Source: Clostridia bacterium (GTDB lineage: Bacteria; Bacillota; Clostridia; Oscillospirales; CAG-272). Taken from it: DNA of 64,000 nt. The translations under genes and the position numbers were made by a program. The notes under the pieces were generated by a model, which saw only the letters and a list, made by a program, of their open reading frames with translations, made no database searches and was not told the DNA's origin. The stretch covers positions 81,439-145,438 of the forward strand of contig JAFQKA010000001.1 in the NCBI GenBank assembly GCA_017397175.1, in the 5' to 3' direction. This document shows positions 58,332 through 64,000 of the stretch, in pieces (position 1 is the first letter of the stretch; the number at the start of each line of letters is the position of its first letter).

Positions 58332-59918
58332 TTACTGCTCTTTTATCTGCTTTGCAATATGGTCGCGGAGCTTTTCGATCTGCGCTCCCTTGAACTTAAA
58401 GCCTGCCTTGTTGGCAATGAGACGAGCACTGATGGGGACGATGGTCTCTTTTACTTCAAGGTCGTTTTCCTTTAAGGTTGTGCCCGTTTCAACTATGTCC
58501 ACGATAACGTCGGACAGTCCCAGAATAGGTGCTATTTCGATAGAGCCGTTCAGATGGATAATATCAATGTCGCGGCCGATCGACGCGTAATAATTGCGCG
58601 CGATCCGTGAAAACTTCGTTGCAACCTTGAGGGTCTTCGTGCTGTCGTCGCAAAAATCCTTTTTCGCCGCTACCGCCATTCGGCAGATTCCCGTGTTCAT
58701 ATCCAGAAGCTCGTATACGTCGGGGGCATATTCAAGAAGAATATCCTTTCCGCACACGCCGATGTCCGCGGCGCCTCTTTCAACGTAAATGGATACGTCC
58801 GAGGGTTTGACCCAGAAATAGCGGACCTTCGCCTCGTCGTTGGTGAAAATGAGCTTTCGGCTGTTTTCAAGGAGTGCGGGACACTCAAATCCCGCCTGAG
58901 CAAACATTTTGTAGACCTTTTCGCCAAGTCTTCCCTTGGGGAGTGCTATGTTCAGATAATCCTGTGCGTCGGCTTCGGGAGTTGCATCTATATCGGAATC
59001 TTCAAGCTCCTCGATCAGATCAAGGTAGAGCGCAAATCCGACGGCAGAGTTTTTCTTGCCCATCTTCCGCAGAAGATTGTCGTACTGACCGCCCGAAAGA
59101 ATGCTTTTGGAAAGCCCGCGGATAAATCCTCTCATGACGATTCCGCTGTAATAGCTCATGTCGTCGGTGACCGAGAAATCAATGCGGATCTTTCCTGCTT
59201 TTACGTAATCATTGAGCAGAGAAAGCTGGCGGCGAAGGATAGCGGCTGCCGCTTTGCCTTCGGAGCTTTCAAGCTGAGGCTCGATCGTACCGAGAACCGT
59301 CTCGGGGTCGCCGTAGCAGGTGATTATGCTATTGAGAAGTGCGGTCTTTTCCTGTGGAACCCCGGCTTCTCGGCAAATGCTCAGTGCCTCACCGAGATTT
59401 TTGTCCTTTATGGCGGACAGCAGCTCTGCGCGCTGGGCAGGGGCTATCTCGGGCAGATCCACCGCCTCGGAGACGATTCCGAGATGGGAGACGTCAAGAA
59501 CGAAATCATCAGAAACGGTCTCAAGGCTTTTTGCCGCTAAGGAAATGACCTCGGACAGAGCTTTGTCGTCTACGTTTCCGATATATTCAAGTCCCGTCTG
59601 CATGATCTCCTTGAAATCGCCCTCGCTTCCTGTGGGACGGTATACGTTTTCGTTGTAGAAGACCTTGTATTCATTTGCATCCTTAGTGCTCTTTACGATA
59701 GAGAGGGTCACGTCGGGCTTCAGTGCCATGAGTTTGCCGCCGTTGCCCGTAAAGGTGATTATGTTGTCGGAAATGAGGAAATTTTTGTTTTCTGCGTAGA
59801 GATCGTATTCCTCAAATTTGCTCATTTTGTATTGCGAATACCCACATGAGCGGTAAAGCTCTCTCAGGCAAAAGACCGCTTTTTCAATGGGCGAGAGCAC
59901 GCTGTCATTTATCTTCAT
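58332..59918 (-). CDS. hisG: Fused HisZ-HisG(short) ATP phosphoribosyltransferase
   Basis: N-half HisZ-like (LMALKPDVTLSI, VFYNENVYR, QTGLE, YYSG, SGGQYD, AVGFA); C-half HisG(S) (LNIALPKGRL, ERGAADIG, VATKF, LNGSIE.AP, IVDIVETG.TL) in one 528-aa ORF. Confidence 0.93.
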   Translation of the reverse strand: MKINDSVLSPIEKAVFCLRELYRSCGYSQYKMSKFEEYDLYAENKNFLISDNIITFTGNGGKLMALKPDVTLSIVKSTKDANEYKVFYNENVYRPTGSEGDFKEIMQTGLEYIGNVDDKALSEVISLAAKSLETVSDDFVLDVSHLGIVSEAVDLPEIAPAQRAELLSAIKDKNLGEALSICREAGVPQEKTALLNSIITCYGDPETVLGTIEPQLESSEGKAAAAILRRQLSLLNDYVKAGKIRIDFSVTDDMSYYSGIVMRGFIRGLSKSILSGGQYDNLLRKMGKKNSAVGFALYLDLIEELEDSDIDATPEADAQDYLNIALPKGRLGEKVYKMFAQAGFECPALLENSRKLIFTNDEAKVRYFWVKPSDVSIYVERGAADIGVCGKDILLEYAPDVYELLDMNTGICRMAVAAKKDFCDDSTKTLKVATKFSRIARNYYASIGRDIDIIHLNGSIEIAPILGLSDVIVDIVETGTTLKENDLEVKETIVPISARLIANKAGFKFKGAQIEKLRDHIAKQIKEQ

Positions 59919-60199
59919 TTTTCGTTTCCTTCCTTTAAAACCGCCTTGTAGCCTTTACCGTAGGTGAGGCACTTGTTGACTCGGCAGATGGTTGCGGGAC
60001 TTGCTCCCGTTTCGCGGGTTATTTCCTGGTAGCTCTTGCCTTCGTCAAGCATTTCCGCAACGCGGAGACGCATTGCCAGGTCGCGCATTTCTTTTATGGT
60101 GCAGATGTCCTCAAAGAAGTCGTAGCATTCGTCGACGGTCTTGAGGCGCAATATGGTCTCAAACAGCTTATCTGTCAATTCTGAATGGATTCCTTCCAT
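59915..60199 (-). CDS. YerC/YecD TrpR-like repressor (paralogue 2, likely HisR-type regulator)
   Basis: CYDFFEDICT.KE, SY.EI..ETGASPATICRV.KC; first gene of his operon, ATGA overlap with hisZG. Confidence 0.9.
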   Translation of the reverse strand: MEGIHSELTDKLFETILRLKTVDECYDFFEDICTIKEMRDLAMRLRVAEMLDEGKSYQEITRETGASPATICRVNKCLTYGKGYKAVLKEGNEK

Positions 60200-60231
60200 G
60201 TGTATCCGTCCTTTCGGTTGGTTTGAAAATT

Positions 60232-60268
60232 ACTTCACCATTATATCACGGTGAAGTGGTCTTGTCAA
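60232..60268 (-). promoter_or_regulatory. his operon sigma-A promoter with overlapping palindromic operator
   Basis: TTGACA (60268-60263)-17 nt-TATAAT (60245-60240) with TG; ACTTCACC-N10-GGTGAAGT (60232-60257) straddles the -10. Confidence 0.85.
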
Positions 60269-60402
60269 TAGAAATATGCCCAAAAAAGCCGAATCTTCCA
60301 TATTTTAACATATGTTACAGAAGATTTGGGCGCATGATCCTATATGAATAGTGATTTTAAACAAAATGTATGGAATAAGGCCATCATATTTATTGTGTGC
60401 TA

Positions 60403-60431
60403 TTGCAAAACAAGTGATATTTTGTTATAAT
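60403..60431 (+). promoter_or_regulatory. Sigma-A promoter of radC
   Basis: TTGCAA-17 nt-TATAAT with TG extension. Confidence 0.75.
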
Positions 60432-60460
60432 TTGTTAAAAGGACACAAACGGAGAAGAGT

Positions 60461-61141
60461 ATGGCAAACGAAAATATTCACGAGGGACACAGAGAAAGAA
60501 TGAGAAAACGCTTTATTGAGGACGGGGAGCATTTTGAAACTCACGAGCTTTTAGAGCTTCTTCTGACCTATTCGATTCCCCGTCGGGACACAAACAGAAC
60601 GGCGCACATATTGCTTAAAAGGTTCGGAAGCTACGACGGGATCCTTTCGGCCGACATGGATGAACTTACCTCGGTTGAAGGCGTCGGTCAAAGGACGGCA
60701 ATGCTGATGAACGTTATAGGTGAGCTGTCAAGGCGTACAGAGAAATCCAAGAAGAAGGATCGCACCGTATATGACAGTGAAGAAAAGATCGGCAGGCTTC
60801 TTATCAAGAAGTATCAAGGCAAGAGAAGAGAGGAATGTCACATAATGCTCTTTGACGGCAAGCATCGCATGGTCGGATTCAAGAAGCTGGGAGAGGGAAC
60901 GGTCAATGCCACGCACGTAGTCATTCGAACAGCGGTTGAATATGCCTACAAGCACAGGGCTGTTTCAGCGGTCATTTCTCACAATCATCCCGGCGGTATT
61001 GCTTGTCCCACCGACAGCGATATGCGTTTCACCGATGGGCTTCGCACGGCGTTCAGACTTATGGGAATAAACTTTGACGGGCATTTTATCGTAGCGGAGA
61101 ACGATTGGTACATGATCGACGGCCGCCGAGAGGAGTATTGA
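60461..61141 (+). CDS. radC: RadC/UPF0758 JAB-domain protein
   Basis: HEGHRERMR, HELLELLL..SIPRRDTN, HhH GVG, SHNHPGG...PTDSD, GHFIV. Confidence 0.92.
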   Translation: MANENIHEGHRERMRKRFIEDGEHFETHELLELLLTYSIPRRDTNRTAHILLKRFGSYDGILSADMDELTSVEGVGQRTAMLMNVIGELSRRTEKSKKKDRTVYDSEEKIGRLLIKKYQGKRREECHIMLFDGKHRMVGFKKLGEGTVNATHVVIRTAVEYAYKHRAVSAVISHNHPGGIACPTDSDMRFTDGLRTAFRLMGINFDGHFIVAENDWYMIDGRREEY

Positions 61142-61161
61142 TGAAGATTTCTTATTATTCG

Positions 61162-61250
61162 GTAGGGGAGGGTTTTCCCCTCCCGCGTATTCGCAAATAA
61201 TTTTTTATGCGGCGGGGCTTGATTTGCGTGGCAAACCGCCCCCGCCCTAC
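61162..61250. repeat. Inverted pair of GTAG-type REP palindromes
   Basis: GTAG-GGGAGGG-TTTTC-CCCTCCC on plus; GTAG-GGCGGGG...CCCCGCC on minus ending at 61250. Confidence 0.7.
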
Positions 61251-61299
61251 GGGGTGATTCGTACAAAAACGACAGTGCTTTGGTTTACAAATAACTTTA

Positions 61300-61342
61300 T
61301 AAAACGATCCACGTTGCCATCAAGGCAACGTGGATCGTTTTA
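61300..61342. terminator. Bidirectional intrinsic terminator
   Basis: 19-bp perfect stem TAAAACGATCCACGTTGCC-ATCAA-GGCAACGTGGATCGTTTTA. Confidence 0.88.
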
Positions 61343-61402
61343 ATGCGGGGTTAGGGATTACCTTATCAAAGGGGCTTGGCGGGGGTGGCATAAATCGGAT
61401 TT

Positions 61403-63568
61403 TTATTTTCTCGCCAGGCGCAGCGCGTTCAGATTTACAAAGATCGAGCTCAGGCTCATGCAGGCGGCGGCGATCATAGGCGAAAGAAGCACACCGAAAG
61501 CAGGGTAGAGCGCGCCTGCGGCAACGGGAATGCCAATTACGTTATAGAAGAACGCCCAGAACAGGTTTTCCTTGATGATCTTCATGGTGCGCGCGCTGAA
61601 TAGAACAGCGTCGGGAACACCCGAGAGGCTGTTGGAAGAAAGAACGATGTCGGCACTTTCTATGGCAATATCGGTGCCGTTTCCGATGGCGATTCCAACG
61701 TCCGCGGCGGCAAGAGACGGACTGTCGTTTATGCCGTCACCTACCATTGCAACCCGCTTACCCTCTGCTCGTTTTTGAAGCAGGTAATCGGATTTTCCCG
61801 CCGGTGTTACACCGCCTACAGCATCCGCTAAGAAAAGATCCTTTTTTATTATGTCCGCGTTTTGCTGACTGTCACCCGTTAGCAAAATCACCTCAAGACC
61901 TGCCTTTGACATGCGCTCAATAGCCTGCGCCGAGTCGGATTTGATCTTATCCGAGGCATAGATGACGCCGAGAAGCTCTTTTTCACAAGCAAAATACATA
62001 GGTGTTCCGTCGGATACGGGGACGGCGGAAATATCAACTCCAAGCTCGCTCATAAACGCGGCGTTTCCGCCGAAATATTTCCGTCCCTCAATTATGCCGC
62101 TGATTCCCCGTCCGGGAACGGCGGTCTGGTCGGTGACGTTGTAAAGCCCGATGTTTTCCGCGTACCTTTCGATGGCGCGAGCCAAGGGGTGCTCACTGTT
62201 CTTTTCAAGGGACGCGGCTATCTTTATAAATTCGTCCTCGTCGATCTGCGCGAACACAGCCGAAACGGTAGGCTTGCCTTCGGTCACGGTACCTGTTTTA
62301 TCAAGTATCACCGTGTCGATATGACAAAGGTTTTCCAGAGCCTCCGCACTTTTTATAAGGATCCCCATACCGGCGCATCTGCCTGTGGCAACCGTTATTG
62401 CAACGGGTGTGGCAAGTCCAAGGGCGCAGGGGCAGGAGATGACGAGGACCGAAATGGTGCACCTCAGCGCCATGGAAATATCCTTTGCGGCAATTATCCA
62501 GATCACAAACGTGAGAAGTGCCAGCCCCATGACTACGGGGACGAACACTCCCGCGACCTTGTCCGCGAGTCTTGCTACGGGGGCTTTTGTTGCGCCCGCG
62601 TTTTCGACCAATTCAATGATCTTTGCCAGGGTGGTTTCACTTCCGACCCGGTCAGCTCGCATTTTAATTATTCCCGAACCGTTGACTGTGCCTCCGGTTA
62701 CGGGACTTCCTGCGGATTTCTCTGTGGGGATACTTTCACCTGTGATCGCCGATTCGTCTATTGCCGTAAGTCCCTCCGTGACCGTTCCGTCTGCCGGAAT
62801 ACTCTCGCCGGGACGGACTATCAGAATATCGCCCGGGACTATCTCATCGGTGAGAATGCCGATCTCTTTTCCGCCGCGGATCACCGTGGCTGTTTTTGGC
62901 GAAAGGTTGATAAGTCGGCGTATTGCCGCGCCCGTTTGACGGCGGGATCGGGATTCGAGGGCTTTTCCTACGGTCACAAGGGTCAATATCATCGCCGCGC
63001 CGTCGTAATAGAGGTTGTGAGCGGCATGAACGTTGCCGCGCAGGGTCAGATAGGTTTCAGCCAAGCTGTAGACCATGGCCGCCGCAACGCCCACGGACAC
63101 AAGGCTGTCCATATTCGGGTGGCCGCGGAAAAATGCGGGAATACCCGACAAAAAGAACTTGAAATTCACCGCGATAACGGGAATTGTCAGCGCAAGCTGA
63201 ATAAGCGCGAAAGCGACAGGGCTTTCTTTCATTGAAATGAACGCAGGAACGGGCAATCCCATCATCTCGCCCATGGCGACGTACATCAAGATTATCATTA
63301 TTGGCAAAGAAACCAGGAGCCTCAGTCCTTCATTTCCGCTTTTTTGCTCTGTTCTGCCTTCGTAAGGGGCTGCCTTGAAACCTGCCTTTTTCACGGCCGT
63401 GATTATGGCTTCTTTTTTGATTTTATTTTCATCGTAGTCGCATAGCATGAACGCGCCGTCAAGATTGACGGTCACGGCATTTACGCCCTCAAGTTTAGAA
63501 ACCGCACGCTCGGTGGCCGAGGAACAGGCAGCGCATTTCATGCCGGTGACAGAGAATTTTTCTTTCAT
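61403..63568 (-). CDS. copA: Copper-type heavy-metal P1B ATPase
   Basis: GMKCAAC HMA domain, TGES, CPCALGLATP, DKTGT, SEHP, GDGIND, YN, MSLSS. Confidence 0.93.
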   Translation of the reverse strand: MKEKFSVTGMKCAACSSATERAVSKLEGVNAVTVNLDGAFMLCDYDENKIKKEAIITAVKKAGFKAAPYEGRTEQKSGNEGLRLLVSLPIMIILMYVAMGEMMGLPVPAFISMKESPVAFALIQLALTIPVIAVNFKFFLSGIPAFFRGHPNMDSLVSVGVAAAMVYSLAETYLTLRGNVHAAHNLYYDGAAMILTLVTVGKALESRSRRQTGAAIRRLINLSPKTATVIRGGKEIGILTDEIVPGDILIVRPGESIPADGTVTEGLTAIDESAITGESIPTEKSAGSPVTGGTVNGSGIIKMRADRVGSETTLAKIIELVENAGATKAPVARLADKVAGVFVPVVMGLALLTFVIWIIAAKDISMALRCTISVLVISCPCALGLATPVAITVATGRCAGMGILIKSAEALENLCHIDTVILDKTGTVTEGKPTVSAVFAQIDEDEFIKIAASLEKNSEHPLARAIERYAENIGLYNVTDQTAVPGRGISGIIEGRKYFGGNAAFMSELGVDISAVPVSDGTPMYFACEKELLGVIYASDKIKSDSAQAIERMSKAGLEVILLTGDSQQNADIIKKDLFLADAVGGVTPAGKSDYLLQKRAEGKRVAMVGDGINDSPSLAAADVGIAIGNGTDIAIESADIVLSSNSLSGVPDAVLFSARTMKIIKENLFWAFFYNVIGIPVAAGALYPAFGVLLSPMIAAACMSLSSIFVNLNALRLARK

Positions 63569-63599
63569 TTGCCGACCTCTTTCTTCATATTTAAGTATA

Positions 63600-63628
63600 A
63601 TTATATCTCATATTATTTTTTTTGTCAA
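63600..63628 (-). promoter_or_regulatory. Sigma-A promoter of copA
   Basis: TTGACA-17 nt-TATAAT on the minus strand. Confidence 0.8.
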
Positions 63629-63697
63629 TGGCGATCATATATGCAAAACCCATAAAATAAATCTCCTATATTTGATATAATCGTGCAAAAAAATAGC

Positions 63698-63726
63698 TTG
63701 ACTTTTGACGAAATATGGAGTAAAAT
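63698..63726 (+). promoter_or_regulatory. Sigma-A promoter for downstream lipoprotein gene
   Basis: TTGACT-17 nt-TAAAAT. Confidence 0.7.
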
Positions 63727-63833
63727 AAGATGTATAGTTTTTGATTTGTAAAAGCCGAGGCTTTTATAAATAGATACGGCCGCGGCGTAAGTAAAACTGC
63801 GGACCGAAAAACAATATGAGGAGGAACATTAAA

Positions 63834-64000
63834 ATGTTCAAGAAAGTTTTATCCCTTATTCTTGCGGCAGCACTGCTTTGTACTGTTGCTATGTCCTTCG
63901 TTTCTTGCGGCGACAAGGCTGACGACGACATTAAGGGCATGAGCGAGTCCCCTCTTGCAATTCCCGAGCTGAAGGCTGACTTCACAGTTCCCGAGAATTT
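63834..64000 (+). CDS. Lipoprotein, 3'-truncated by window edge (possibly an ABC substrate-binding protein)
   Basis: GAGGAGG RBS; MFKKVLSLILAAALLCTVAMSFVSC lipoprotein signal; frame open to window end; not in ORF track. Confidence 0.8.
   Translation, partial: MFKKVLSLILAAALLCTVAMSFVSCGDKADDDIKGMSESPLAIPELKADFTVPEN

Noticed and set aside
60461-61141. radC as marker of an integrative element
   Set aside because: Full-length chromosomal-type RadC with no integrase, relaxase or att sites around it.
63569-63700. CsoR/CopY operator upstream of copA
   Set aside because: No clear TAC-C/G-rich-GTA or TACA-NN-TGTA motif seen, and no regulator gene adjacent.
1-64000. tRNA, rRNA, CRISPR array, prophage or IS
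   Set aside because: No cloverleaf, rRNA motif, repeat-spacer array, integrase, transposase or phage structural gene was recognisable; intergenic gaps are short and mostly explained.

Overview
Gene-dense chromosomal window from an apparently spore-forming Clostridia-type Firmicute (T-box riboswitch, sigma-A promoters, spoVAC, dockerin, Gram-positive galT; taxonomy is inference). Most of it is housekeeping: nusG-rplK-rplA, rbfA-cca-ruvX, valS with a Val T-box, rimM-trmD, ptsH-uvrC-rsmD-coaD-ymfFH-lgt-folD, nth, zapA-U32-dut-maf-mreBCD-pbp2, a complete his operon, radC and a Cu-type P1B ATPase. I saw no rRNA, tRNA, CRISPR array, integrase, transposase or phage genes. The most interesting items are: (1) the his operon, which has a single-chain HisZ-HisG fusion, is bracketed by two divergent TrpR-like (YerC/YecD) paralogues and has a palindromic operator over its -10 box; (2) a GT8 + acyltransferase + CrtO-like operon with no carotenoid genes, a candidate acyl-glycolipid pathway; (3) an AT-rich islet with an unannotated Arc/ribbon-helix-helix gene divergent from a standalone SLOG protein; (4) small intergenic palindromic elements, including a 45-bp element present twice with compensatory/wobble changes and a GTAG-type REP doublet; (5) two orphan secreted CAZyme-like proteins (GH74-like Asp-box lipoprotein; CE7-like esterase with dockerin); (6) broad shuffling of normally conserved operons. 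All family assignments come from motif recognition by eye, not database searches. I cannot establish from the sequence alone that any of these systems is undescribed.
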